DNA of 41,764 bases from an uncultured Gammaproteobacteria bacterium (GTDB lineage Bacteria; Patescibacteriota; Microgenomatia; UBA8517), in contig CAZWNZ010000001.1 in NCBI GenBank assembly GCA_964635715.1, forward strand, positions 204,358 to 246,121. Direction: 5' to 3'. The translations under genes and the position numbers were made by a program. The notes beneath the pieces were generated by a model that was given only the letters and a program-made list of their open reading frames with translations, was not told where the DNA came from and did not search any database. Below, piece by piece: positions 7,435 to 16,636 of the stretch (positions within the stretch are counted from its first letter, which is position 1; each line of letters starts with the position of its first letter).

Positions 7435-8480
7435 TTAATAGTGTTAAATTAACAAATTTCAGGAACTTCAAATCAAAATCTATAGAATTTTCTACCGGAA
7501 TTACTTTAATTCTAGGCCCAAACGCTTCGGGTAAAACAAACATTCTGGAAAGTCTCGTCCTTCTTTCAACAGGAAAAAGTTTTAAGGCAAAATTGGAAGA
7601 AGAAGTGGTTCGCTACGAATCGAGTATCGCACGTATTGTTGGTGTAACAAGTGATATAAAACTTGAGGCTATTTTAACTAGAGGATTAATTGACATCGGT
7701 GGAGACAGGCCAGAAAAAGCTCCCAGGAAAAAACTATTGGTCAATGGTATTCCCAGACGGATGATTGATTTTGCCGGAAATTTTAAAACAGTTCTCTTTG
7801 GTCCCTGGGATATGGATATTGTGACAGAATCTCCATCAACAAGAAGGAAATTTTTGGATATGGTATTGGCTCAGGCAGATAGGGAATATAGAAGATCAAT
7901 TCTTTCTTACGAAAAAGGTCTTAGGCAGAGGAATAGAGTACTTTGGGGAATACGGGAATCCGGTGTTGGGCGCGATAGACTTATGTTTTGGAATCAGCTT
8001 CTTGTCAAAAATGGAAATTATATTACCAAGAAAAGGGAAGAATTTATTGAATTTGTAAATTCCTTAGGTTTTAAAATTAATAGTCTAAAATTGAATCTTT
8101 ATTACGATAAAAGTGTCATTTCCGAAGGACGTTTAGAACAATATAAAGATGAAGAAATTGCATCGGCAACAACTTTAGTCGGACCACATAGGGATGATTT
8201 CATTTTTAACAAAGGAGAAAGAAGTTTATCCAGTTTTGGGTCCAGGGGGGAACAAAGAATGGGTGTTTTGTGGCTGAAAATAGCCGAACTGGACTATATC
8301 GAAATGGCTAGTGGTGAGCGTCCCACACTTCTTTTGGACGACATTTTTTCGGAATTGGATGAAGACCACAAAAAAATTGCGATGGAGGTGGCAAATAAAC
8401 AACAGACAATAATTACCTCGGTGAATGATGAATTTACAAAAGATTTGAAAAAAGTGGAGAGAATTGAATTAATGAAGTAG
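7431..8480 (+). CDS. recF: DNA replication and repair protein RecF
   Basis: LTNFRNF and Walker A GPNASGKTN. ATG 7431 forms an ATGA overlap with the mutM stop. The track start at 7410 is TTG, and ATG 7422 is also possible. Confidence 0.88.
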   Translation: MINSVKLTNFRNFKSKSIEFSTGITLILGPNASGKTNILESLVLLSTGKSFKAKLEEEVVRYESSIARIVGVTSDIKLEAILTRGLIDIGGDRPEKAPRKKLLVNGIPRRMIDFAGNFKTVLFGPWDMDIVTESPSTRRKFLDMVLAQADREYRRSILSYEKGLRQRNRVLWGIRESGVGRDRLMFWNQLLVKNGNYITKKREEFIEFVNSLGFKINSLKLNLYYDKSVISEGRLEQYKDEEIASATTLVGPHRDDFIFNKGERSLSSFGSRGEQRMGVLWLKIAELDYIEMASGERPTLLLDDIFSELDEDHKKIAMEVANKQQTIITSVNDEFTKDLKKVERIELMK

Positions 8481-8492
8481 AATAAAGGAATC

Positions 8493-8858
8493 ATGCCGGA
8501 GGGTTTAGCCGAAAAACGTTCAGAGGAACTTGAGCTTTTAAGAACATTGAACAGCAATCTTGATGGCGCGAGTGACTCAACACAAGAAAGATATCACAAA
8601 TTACTTTTCGCAGAAAGGAAGAAGCAATTTGATCCAAAAAGGCCGGGCTCAGTGGATATTTCAACCAAGAGAAGGTTGGAAATTTTTGAAATGGCCAGCT
8701 CAGGACAGGATATTACCCAGATTATCGATGATGCAAGAACAGAATTCTCCCGTAAAACTACCACAAAACAATTAGGGGAGCACAAATTACCGTTTTCTTC
8801 CGGAGGAGGAACCTTTGCATCTCATGTTGCAGATGCCTTGGAAGAACGCGAAAGATAA
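8493..8858 (+). CDS. hypothetical protein
   Basis: 121-aa ORF with an ATG start that fills the gap after recF. No recognisable motif. Confidence 0.5.
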   Translation: MPEGLAEKRSEELELLRTLNSNLDGASDSTQERYHKLLFAERKKQFDPKRPGSVDISTKRRLEIFEMASSGQDITQIIDDARTEFSRKTTTKQLGEHKLPFSSGGGTFASHVADALEERER

Positions 8859-8866
8859 AGAAAATT

Positions 8867-9139
8867 CTAACTTTTTCTCGCAAGCTTGCTGAGATTGGAA
8901 GTGACAACTACGGCAAGAACCGTTACCAAGACTGCATAAATAAGGAGAGAGAATATTCCCGAGGATCCTCCGATCAAGGGTTTGATATATGATTCAACAA
9001 CCTCAGTAATTAGTTCATTCCAGGCAAGAGCTGCCACTAACCCAAATCCGCTTGTCGCCAAGGCCAACATCTGTTTGAGAACCTCTTTTTTTGTTTGTTC
9101 CACATCCTTTTTGATCTTTTTGTGGGCGTATTTTGGCAT
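8867..9139 (-). CDS. small membrane protein, DUF5654-like
   Basis: 90 aa with two TM helices and the motif GLVAALAWNE. Confidence 0.6.
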   Translation of the reverse strand: MPKYAHKKIKKDVEQTKKEVLKQMLALATSGFGLVAALAWNELITEVVESYIKPLIGGSSGIFSLLIYAVLVTVLAVVVTSNLSKLARKS

Positions 9140-9161
9140 ATACTTAAACTATTATAACATT

Positions 9162-10001
9162 ATGGACAAATTTGAACCCGAATTGCTTAAAAATCTGGTT
9201 TTACCTCAAGGTGGTTCGACCAAGGGCCAAAATGGGCAGGTGACTATTGTCGGAGGCTCAAAGCTCTTCCATGGTGCCCCTCTTTTGGCTTTAACTGCTG
9301 CTTCCAGATTTGTAGATATGGCTTACTTCACTTCTCCCGAGAAAAGTGTAGGAGAAGTAGCTAATTCCATAAAATCCAAATTATTTTCATTTATTTGGGT
9401 GCCGTGGAGCGAAGTGGAAAGTTACATTCAGAAATCAGATGCGGTCTTGATAGGACCCGGCTTTATGCGTTTTAGAAGTGAGAAGGTTACGGAGGAAGAA
9501 AGACTTTCCTGTGATGAGGCGTGCCGTGAATCTGCCAAGATTACGGAAAGACTGTTGAAAAAATTTCCGGATAAAAAATGGGTGATAGACGGAGGGAGCC
9601 TTCAGTCTCTTAACACGGATTGGATACCTGAAGGATCTGTTCTGACTCCAAACAAAAAGGAATATGATGGTTTGTTCGGAAAAGCAGACCCACAAACTGC
9701 AGCAAAAAAATACAACTGCATAATTGTTTTTAAAAGGCCTCAAACGGCTGTTTGCTCTCCAAATGAATGCGTATTGATTGATGGAGGGAATGCGGGGCTG
9801 ACTAAAGGTGGAACAGGGGATGTCCAGGCGGGGCTGACTGTCGGGCTTCTTGCCCAAAACGATCCTTTTTTGGCGGCTTCTGTGGCGTCATTTATTGTTA
9901 AAAAGGCGGCGGATAAACTTTTTGAAAAGGTCGGAACAGCCTACAATGCCGATGACTTGGCAAAAGAAATACCACTTCTTTTACCGCAATTTTTGCGTTA
10001 A
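9162..10001 (+). CDS. nnrD: ADP-dependent NAD(P)H-hydrate dehydratase (YjeF C-terminal / carbohydrate kinase family)
   Basis: GQVTIVGGSKLFHGAPLLA and KGGTGDVQAGL. ATG 9162 was chosen because the track's upstream extension overlaps the gene on the opposite strand. Confidence 0.75.
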   Translation: MDKFEPELLKNLVLPQGGSTKGQNGQVTIVGGSKLFHGAPLLALTAASRFVDMAYFTSPEKSVGEVANSIKSKLFSFIWVPWSEVESYIQKSDAVLIGPGFMRFRSEKVTEEERLSCDEACRESAKITERLLKKFPDKKWVIDGGSLQSLNTDWIPEGSVLTPNKKEYDGLFGKADPQTAAKKYNCIIVFKRPQTAVCSPNECVLIDGGNAGLTKGGTGDVQAGLTVGLLAQNDPFLAASVASFIVKKAADKLFEKVGTAYNADDLAKEIPLLLPQFLR

Positions 10002-10013
10002 TATAGATTAAAC

Positions 10014-11078
10014 ATGTATTTTCCAAAATACGTAATCAACAATAAAATTTTGAAAAATATTGGCTCAATTGAAGCCAGTCGCGAGGTTATTTTAAATGCG
10101 CCTTTGGTGCCATCTTTTGCCAAACAGTTTCAAAGTGATGCTCAGGTTCGTACAATTCATCATGGCACTCACATAGAAGGAAATGATTTGACGCTTTACC
10201 AGACAAAGAAAATCCTTGAGGGAGCAGAGGTCTACGCACGGGCGCGGGACATTCAGGAAGTAATTAATTATCGAAACGTGATGCAACTTCTTGATGAATT
10301 GTCCGTAAAAAGGGGTGGATACGAAAAAGAAATGTTGAAAGATATCCATAGAGCTACTGTGGATAGAATAGTGATTCCTGAAAAGATTGGGGTGTTCAGA
10401 ACTTCTGAAGTTGTAATAAAAGAAGAAGGTACCGGTAAAATAATTTTTCAACCACCCCCTTCCCATGAAGTCCCTTTTCTTCTGGATGATTTTTTTGAAT
10501 GGTTAAACGATACGGAAGCTTTAGATATACATCCAATTATACGTTCAGGAATAGCTCACTATATTTTAGTTGCAATACACCCTTTTGTTGAAGGTAATGG
10601 TAGAACGATTAGAGCATTTTCTACATTGGTTCTAATGAGGGAAAATTATGACACTAAAAAGTTTTTTGCTTTCGAAGAACATTTTGACGAGGATCCGAGA
10701 GCCTATTATGAAGCCTTGGGGGCAGTTGATAAACAGTCACCCAATATTGGGAATCGGGATGTTACTCCCTGGCTGGAATATTTTACCGGGGTTGTGGCAA
10801 TTGAGCTTGAAAAGATTAAAGATAAAGTCAGAAAGCTTTCGGTAGACTCGCGACTTAAAGTAAAATTTGGGGAACAGATAGCTTTAACCGAAAGGCAAAT
10901 GAGATTAATTGAATATATTTCCGACCAGGGGTCGGCAGGAATGGCGGAACTGAAAAAGGTTTTGTCGATGGTATCCGAAGATACAATTTTAAGAGAGCTT
11001 AGGGATCTTCTTGGTAAGAAGATAATCAAAAAGCAAGGTAGTACAAAGGCGAGTAAGTATGTGATTGCGAACAAATAA
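10014..11078 (+). CDS. Fic family protein (AMPylase-type) with a C-terminal winged-helix domain
   Basis: Fic motif HPFVEGNGRTIR. Confidence 0.85.
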   Translation: MYFPKYVINNKILKNIGSIEASREVILNAPLVPSFAKQFQSDAQVRTIHHGTHIEGNDLTLYQTKKILEGAEVYARARDIQEVINYRNVMQLLDELSVKRGGYEKEMLKDIHRATVDRIVIPEKIGVFRTSEVVIKEEGTGKIIFQPPPSHEVPFLLDDFFEWLNDTEALDIHPIIRSGIAHYILVAIHPFVEGNGRTIRAFSTLVLMRENYDTKKFFAFEEHFDEDPRAYYEALGAVDKQSPNIGNRDVTPWLEYFTGVVAIELEKIKDKVRKLSVDSRLKVKFGEQIALTERQMRLIEYISDQGSAGMAELKKVLSMVSEDTILRELRDLLGKKIIKKQGSTKASKYVIANK

Positions 11079-11095
11079 TTTCGTTATAAACGTAA

Positions 11096-11305
11096 ATGAA
11101 CGCTAACGATCCACAAATCTTATATATGATTTTGGTCGTACCGTGCCTTTTCGGACTAACTTTAGTTGGTGAGGGGATAAGCAAGTTGGTTCGTGAAGAG
11201 GTTAACGGGATTGTTTCTATCATTTTTGGATTCTTGTTTATCGGTCTTGTTATTTTTGCTTACTTTTTCTTCTCAAGCTACCTCGTGACAAATATGGGTG
11301 TATAG
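11096..11305 (+). CDS. small membrane protein
   Basis: 69 aa with two hydrophobic helices. Confidence 0.45.
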   Translation: MNANDPQILYMILVVPCLFGLTLVGEGISKLVREEVNGIVSIIFGFLFIGLVIFAYFFFSSYLVTNMGV

Positions 11306-11324
11306 CAATATAATCGGAATTAGC

Positions 11325-13061
11325 ATGAAGCTAGCTAGATTTGCTCAATACTTAGAAAAGTTGGAGAAAACTTCTTCCAGACTTGAAATCACCAGTGTCT
11401 TATCCGATCTCATTAAGGAATCAGACGCATCCGAAATCAACAAAGTTATATACCTATCTCTTGGAGTTTTGGCTCCAAATTATGAAGGAATTATTCTAAA
11501 TTTAGCTGAAAAGATGATGATTCGTGTGATTGCAAAAGCCTATTTGATTAGTGAAGTTGATGTATATGATTCATATAAAAAATATGGGGATTTGGGTGAA
11601 GTGGCTTCCAATTACGCTCAAACTCAAAAATTAAAACTTGAAAATCAAAACCTTTCAGTGACAGAAGTATACGAAAAACTTCGAGCGATTGCGGAAGACG
11701 GGGGGGCAGGGAGCCAAGACAGGAAGATTGAAAAAATGGCAGAGCTTTTAAAAAACTTAGACTCATTATCTGTCAGGTTTGTAGCAAGGATTCCTGTTGG
11801 AAGGCTACGTTTAGGTTTTTCGGAAAAAACGATAATCGCCGCTTTGGCGGCAGGAGATAAGAGACTTGAGATAGAGATAGAGGCTGCGTATAACATACGG
11901 CCTGACATCGGATATCTTGCCTGTCTTGTTAAGGAAGGAAAACTTGAGTCTGCCAAGCCGGAAATTGGAGTACCTGTTGTTCCGATGCTTGCGGCAAGAC
12001 TAAATTCAACAACAGAGATGATTAAAAAAATGGGAGAAGTGTCGGTCGAACCTAAATTTGACGGACTTCGAATCTTTATTCATTATAGGAAAGAAACAAA
12101 TCCTTCGACTCCTTCCAGTCGCTCAGGACAGGATTTCATCCGGATTTTCACCCGTAATATGAATACAATTCCTCTCGAAACTTTTCCGGAATTAAAAGAA
12201 GTCGGGAAGTTTATTAAGGCGAATGAAGCTATGTTGGATTCTGAGGCCATTGGAGTTGACGAAAAACGCGAGATGTTTTTGGATTTTCAAAAAACAATTC
12301 AAAGAAGAAGAAAACATGAGGTTACGAAAAATGCTTCAGAAATTCCTTTGCAATTTCAGGTTTTTGACATACTTTTGAAAGATGGAAAAAGCTTTATTGA
12401 TAAGCCGTATATTGAAAGAAGGGCAGAGCTTGAAAAAACAGTTGTCAGTGGAAAACTGTTAAGAATTGATGACAATACAATTACAAAAGATCCTGAAGTA
12501 ATTAAAACTCTGCATCAAAAATATCTGAAGATGGGGCTCGAAGGAGTGGTAGTTAAAAAAGCAAACGGGGGATATGTTTCGGGTAGAACCGGTTGGAATT
12601 GGGTAAAAATGAAAGAAGTTGAGGGAACTCGCGGTAAACTCTCGGACACTATTGACTGTGTGGTTATGGGTTATACAACAGGAAAAGGTAAGAGAGTCGG
12701 TTTTGGAGTAGGCCAATTCCTGGCTGGAATCAAAGACGGAGACACTTTCAAAACAATAACAAAAGTTGGTACTGGGCTAACCGACGATCAATTTAGAGAA
12801 TTAAAAGTCAGATTGAGTAAAGTTCAGACCAAGAAAAAACCTAAAGAGTATGTGGTAGATAAAGGTTTATATCCTGATTTTTGGGTTTTGCCATCAGTGG
12901 TTATTGAGTTAGCTGCCGATGAAATAACAGTAAGTCCAAAACACACTGCAGGCTTGGCCCTAAGGTTTCCGAGACTGGTGAAATTCAGGGATGATAAGGG
13001 GGGAGACCAGATTACAACACTTGAAGAATTTAAAGAAATTTTCAAACTTCAGAAAAATTAA
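11325..13061 (+). CDS. lig: ATP-dependent DNA ligase (archaeal/eukaryotic Lig1-like)
   Basis: Adenylation motif I EPKFDGLR, EGVVVK, and a C-terminal OB domain. ATG 11325 (MKLARFAQYLE) is preferred over the GTG at 11298. Confidence 0.9.
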   Translation: MKLARFAQYLEKLEKTSSRLEITSVLSDLIKESDASEINKVIYLSLGVLAPNYEGIILNLAEKMMIRVIAKAYLISEVDVYDSYKKYGDLGEVASNYAQTQKLKLENQNLSVTEVYEKLRAIAEDGGAGSQDRKIEKMAELLKNLDSLSVRFVARIPVGRLRLGFSEKTIIAALAAGDKRLEIEIEAAYNIRPDIGYLACLVKEGKLESAKPEIGVPVVPMLAARLNSTTEMIKKMGEVSVEPKFDGLRIFIHYRKETNPSTPSSRSGQDFIRIFTRNMNTIPLETFPELKEVGKFIKANEAMLDSEAIGVDEKREMFLDFQKTIQRRRKHEVTKNASEIPLQFQVFDILLKDGKSFIDKPYIERRAELEKTVVSGKLLRIDDNTITKDPEVIKTLHQKYLKMGLEGVVVKKANGGYVSGRTGWNWVKMKEVEGTRGKLSDTIDCVVMGYTTGKGKRVGFGVGQFLAGIKDGDTFKTITKVGTGLTDDQFRELKVRLSKVQTKKKPKEYVVDKGLYPDFWVLPSVVIELAADEITVSPKHTAGLALRFPRLVKFRDDKGGDQITTLEEFKEIFKLQKN

Positions 13062-13124
13062 TTTCATATTGACCTAACTGGAGCTTTTGTGAAAAGATAG
13101 GGGAAGAATAGGGGGTGAAAAACG

Positions 13125-13463
13125 ATGACAGAAAAAACAAAGAAAAAAGATTTAAGTTTTAAAAAAGAGACAGCAGGAGCACTCGCTTATGTTTTGGGAC
13201 CCGTTACAGGTATTTTCTTTTTGGTAACAAGTAAGGATCCTTTTGTCAGGTTCCACGCTATGCAGTCGACTGTAGTATTGGGGATATTGTTTGTTTTGAG
13301 GTGGTTTTTGGCAATCACATTTGTCTTTCTTCCTTTGGCAGCTTTAGTTTGGTTAGTAATGTTTGTTTTGTGGTTGATTTTGATTTACAAAGCCTGGCAG
13401 GGAGAAGAATGGGAAGCACCGGTTTTAGGTAAGATTTCCAGAAATCTATTAAAAAAGATCTAG
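13125..13463 (+). CDS. DUF4870-like membrane protein
   Basis: 112 aa with TM helices and an HAMQS motif. Confidence 0.6.
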   Translation: MTEKTKKKDLSFKKETAGALAYVLGPVTGIFFLVTSKDPFVRFHAMQSTVVLGILFVLRWFLAITFVFLPLAALVWLVMFVLWLILIYKAWQGEEWEAPVLGKISRNLLKKI

Positions 13464-13483
13464 GACTTTTTGTGTGATAACAT

Positions 13484-13993
13484 ATGTCAATGAGATTAGT
13501 CATTGGCTTGGGCAATCCTGGAAGCAGGTATTTTAGCACTCGGCATAATGTCGGGTATATTTTTGTGGATGAATTCCAGAAAGTTGCACGTAGTAGGAAG
13601 CAAGTAGCAGGCAGGGAACAAATAAAAATTCTCAAGTCTAACAAATTTATGAATGAGTCAGGGGAGTTTGTTAGCGAACTCTGTACTAAGTACTCTGTAC
13701 TAAGTACTAATCTTTATGTAGTACATGATGACCTTGATATTCCTCTCGGGGATTTTAAAATTCAACTCGGAAAAGGACCAAAGGATCATAATGGTCTGAA
13801 ATCTATAGACGAAGCTTTGGGAACCGATCAATATTGGCATGTAAGGATTGGAATAGATAATAGACCTCTTGACGGCCGGCCGATGGGGGAAGAATATGTA
13901 CTTCAAAATTTCAGCGATGATGAAAAACAGATTTTGGACAGAACTATCAAGCAAGCATGCAAAAAATTGAAGACACAATTAAATTCCAAATGA
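13484..13993 (+). CDS. pth: peptidyl-tRNA hydrolase
   Basis: GLGNPG...TRHNVG N-terminus and HNGLKS. Confidence 0.9.
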   Translation: MSMRLVIGLGNPGSRYFSTRHNVGYIFVDEFQKVARSRKQVAGREQIKILKSNKFMNESGEFVSELCTKYSVLSTNLYVVHDDLDIPLGDFKIQLGKGPKDHNGLKSIDEALGTDQYWHVRIGIDNRPLDGRPMGEEYVLQNFSDDEKQILDRTIKQACKKLKTQLNSK

Positions 13994-14020
13994 ACACCAA
14001 TAATCCAATAAATACCAATG
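13990..14020. repeat. left outer CCAAT-motif block of four-helix-bundle cassette 2
   Basis: ATGAACACCAAT (13990-14001) and CAATAAATACCAATG (14006-14020) are exact reverse complements of 14721-14732 and 14730-14744. Confidence 0.8.
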
Positions 14021-14328
14021 CCAAATATCATACACAAAAAAAACAATTAACTTCAATAGGATCAATTTTAGACAAATATAAAATTGACGACAAAGACAAA
14101 TATGTAAGCCGCGAGTTCCAAAAATATGCTTACGATTTAGCTGTCGAACTTGGGGATTTGCCGCATAAATCCCTCTATATGAAGCTTGCGAAAGAAACCC
14201 CCAGAATTCTCCTTGAAAAAGCAAGAAGTTTTGTAAAAGATGCGACTAATGCAAAGAGTAAAGGACGCTTGTTCATGTGGAAACTTTCTCAGTTGAAGGC
14301 TGAGAAAATAAGTACCAATTCCAAATAA
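13990..14328 (+). CDS. hypothetical protein (Asn/Thr-rich ends)
   Basis: The ORF forms an ATGA overlap with the pth stop. The track start at 13957 lies inside pth. Confidence 0.45.
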   Translation: MNTNNPINTNAKYHTQKKQLTSIGSILDKYKIDDKDKYVSREFQKYAYDLAVELGDLPHKSLYMKLAKETPRILLEKARSFVKDATNAKSKGRLFMWKLSQLKAEKISTNSK

Positions 14329-14336
14329 GTACCAAT
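14312..14336. repeat. left inner GTACCAAT repeats upstream of four-helix-bundle gene 2
   Basis: GTACCAATTCCAAATAAGTACCAAT. Within it, 14313-14324 is the reverse complement of 14698-14710 apart from a 1-nt indel. Confidence 0.7.
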
Positions 14337-14343
14337 ACTACTA

Positions 14344-14697
14344 ATGCCCAATAATAAATACGATATTTATGAAAGAATATTTAAATTTGTACTTAATGTT
14401 ATTAAATTGATCCGTTTGGTTCCCAAAACAGAAGAAAACCTGGTAATTATCAAACAGATTTTAAGATCGGTAACTTCAATAGGGGCAAATTCACAGGAAG
14501 CAGATGGTGTGTCTACTAAAAAAGATTTTTTGCATTGTATGACAATAGTCAGAAAAGAATCTAAAGAAACATTATTTTGGTTAAGATTAATTGTCGAATT
14601 GAATCAAAAAGTCGCCGTTGAAGGTAATAGATTGATTCAGGAATGTGGAGAAATCGTTGCGATTGTAAGTAAAATTATTACTAATTCTAGGTCTTAA
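14344..14697 (+). CDS. four-helix-bundle protein (23S rRNA intervening-sequence protein family)
   Basis: 117 aa with SIGANSQEA and KESKETLFWL, typical of the family. Confidence 0.8.
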   Translation: MPNNKYDIYERIFKFVLNVIKLIRLVPKTEENLVIIKQILRSVTSIGANSQEADGVSTKKDFLHCMTIVRKESKETLFWLRLIVELNQKVAVEGNRLIQECGEIVAIVSKIITNSRS

Positions 14698-14744
14698 TTG
14701 GAAATTGGTATATATTTAAAATTGGTGTTCATTGGTATTTATTG
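14698..14744. repeat. right array of inverted ATTGG(T) motifs of cassette 2
   Basis: TTGGAAATTGGTA ... ATTGGTGTTCATTGGTATTTATTG. Confidence 0.8.
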
Positions 14745-14747
14745 ATT

Positions 14748-15281
14748 ATGAAACGAGAATTTTTTATTCATTTTGCCTTTTGGTTTTCTTTCTTCATCTT
14801 GATTTCTATTTTTCGGGGTTATTTATCATTGAATTATTGGCCTTTTTGGGTCGGAGGAATAATTGGAATAATATTGCCGGATCTTGACCATTTTATTTAT
14901 GCCTTTTTCCTGGATCCTCAAGAACTAACTTCTCAAAGAGTGGGGTATCTATTAAGGAAAAAAAATGTTTTTCGAACAATTAGTCTTCTTTATGAAACAA
15001 GACATGATAGGAAAAATTTGGTATTTCATACATTTATTTCCCAAATAATATTTTTGATATTAACATTTTTGATTTTATCCTCTTCAACATCCTCTCTTGC
15101 CATGGGTATTGTTCTTTCTTTCTCAATTCATCTTTCTGTTGACCAGTTGGCGGACATTATTGATATAAAAAACCTGGATAATTGGGGTAATCTTATTTCA
15201 TCTGAAATTAAAGAAAAATACCCGGCCTGGTACATTGCTTCTTCGTTTGTGATAATTTTTCTTTTGGGAGTTTTAATCTGA
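14748..15281 (+). CDS. integral membrane protein (weak YdjM/DUF457-like PDLDH motif)
   Basis: Multiple TM helices and LPDLDH. ATG 14748 lies downstream of the track's TTG start. Confidence 0.5.
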   Translation: MKREFFIHFAFWFSFFILISIFRGYLSLNYWPFWVGGIIGIILPDLDHFIYAFFLDPQELTSQRVGYLLRKKNVFRTISLLYETRHDRKNLVFHTFISQIIFLILTFLILSSSTSSLAMGIVLSFSIHLSVDQLADIIDIKNLDNWGNLISSEIKEKYPAWYIASSFVIIFLLGVLI

Positions 15282-15338
15282 AAAGTGATCCGTTTTTAGA
15301 TATTGGCAAAATATTTTTCTTGTTATACGATCATCACT

Positions 15339-16634
15339 ATGAACGCAATGCTTGCGGCGGCACTAAATCAAATTAAAGAAACTTCAACCCTTCTCTCTGA
15401 GGACTATTTGGATAAAAAAGTTTTTAAAAAAGCAATTGCGAAAATTCTAGTTCCTCAAAAAATAATTAAAGGCAGAATTTCGATAATTAGTAAGAGAGGT
15501 AAGAAAATATCTTTTGATGCTTTTAGAATTCAACACAACGATGCAAGAGGTCCTTTCAAGGGTGGAATCAGATTTCATCCTAAAGTATGTCTTGATGAAG
15601 TTCAGGCACTGGCTACGTTAATGAGTCTTAAATGTGCTGTTGCCGGTATCCCGTATGGGGGTGCTAAGGGTGGAGTGGTGGTTGATCCAAACAAACTTAC
15701 AAAAGATGAACTAAAAAGCCTGTCTACCACCTATGCAAAGTTTGTTACTCCCTATATAGGTTCTTGGCGTGACGTTCCGGCACCAGACGTGAATACAAAT
15801 GGACAAATCATGAGTTGGATGCTCGAAGCATATGAGAAAAAAGTTGGATATCAGGCTCCAGCAACTTTTACAGGTAAACCGGTTGAACTTGGGGGGTCCC
15901 TTGGAAGAACAGAGGCAACAGGTCAGGGTGGAGTATATACGCTTCAAGCATACTTGAAGCGAAATTCCAAATTCCACGACCAAGGGTCACGAAGCATTCC
16001 AAATTCCAAATTCACAATTGCCATTCAAGGATTTGGGAATGTAGGATACTACTTTGTGAAAATCGCAAGCGAGATGGGATATAAAATTGTTGCGGTCTCT
16101 GATTCCTCAAGTGGAATATATTCAGAAAAAGGATTGGACATAAAAGCTCTTGCAAAATTTAAAGATGAAGGCGGAGCTTTCAAAGATTATCCTGTCAAAA
16201 AAGGAATGAAGCTTATTACAAACTCAGAGCTTTTGGGTCTTTCGGTAACAGTACTTGTTCCGGCAGCCTTGGAAAACGCTATTACTAAAGACAATATGGA
16301 GAAGATTTCTGCAAGAGCAGTTCTTGAAATGGCAAACGGACCGACTACAACAGAGGCTGATCATTATTTATATGAAAGGGGAATAGATGTGATTCCTGAT
16401 ATTTTGAGCAATTCCGGAGGGGTAACAGTTAGTTATTTTGAATGGGTTCAGAACCTGAATGGGTACTATTGGACAAAAGAAAAAGTAAATGAGGAGTTAA
16501 AAAGGACAATAACAAAGGCGTTTAACGATATAGATACAGTTAAAAAGGAAAAAAGAATTTCATATAGGCGTGCCGCTAATTACATAAGCCTCAAAAGAAT
16601 AATTGATGCAATGATACTTCGGGGGAGAGTTTAG
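15339..16634 (+). CDS. gdhA: glutamate dehydrogenase
   Basis: GPFKGGIRFHP, catalytic-Lys region PYGGAKGG, Rossmann IQGFGNVG, and GGVTVSYFEWVQN. ATG 15339 is preferred over the TTG at 15303. Confidence 0.9.
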   Translation: MNAMLAAALNQIKETSTLLSEDYLDKKVFKKAIAKILVPQKIIKGRISIISKRGKKISFDAFRIQHNDARGPFKGGIRFHPKVCLDEVQALATLMSLKCAVAGIPYGGAKGGVVVDPNKLTKDELKSLSTTYAKFVTPYIGSWRDVPAPDVNTNGQIMSWMLEAYEKKVGYQAPATFTGKPVELGGSLGRTEATGQGGVYTLQAYLKRNSKFHDQGSRSIPNSKFTIAIQGFGNVGYYFVKIASEMGYKIVAVSDSSSGIYSEKGLDIKALAKFKDEGGAFKDYPVKKGMKLITNSELLGLSVTVLVPAALENAITKDNMEKISARAVLEMANGPTTTEADHYLYERGIDVIPDILSNSGGVTVSYFEWVQNLNGYYWTKEKVNEELKRTITKAFNDIDTVKKEKRISYRRAANYISLKRIIDAMILRGRV

Positions 16635-16636
16635 GA

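Noticed and set aside
8982-9161. The long N-terminal extension of the nnrD ORF in the track.
   Set aside because: It is antisense to the DUF5654-like gene (8867..9139) and hydrophobic nonsense. The homology-like sequence starts at ATG 9162.
11298-11324. Non-ATG (TTG/GTG) track starts for lig and likewise for recF (7410), gdhA (15303), trxB (19520), dsbA-like (20551), the membrane protein (23769), GIY-YIG (25630), the XRE gene (35279) and the SHOCT gene (35790).
   Set aside because: In each case an in-frame ATG a few codons downstream gives a family-typical N-terminus or a better RBS or overlap geometry. This remains unverified without alignments.
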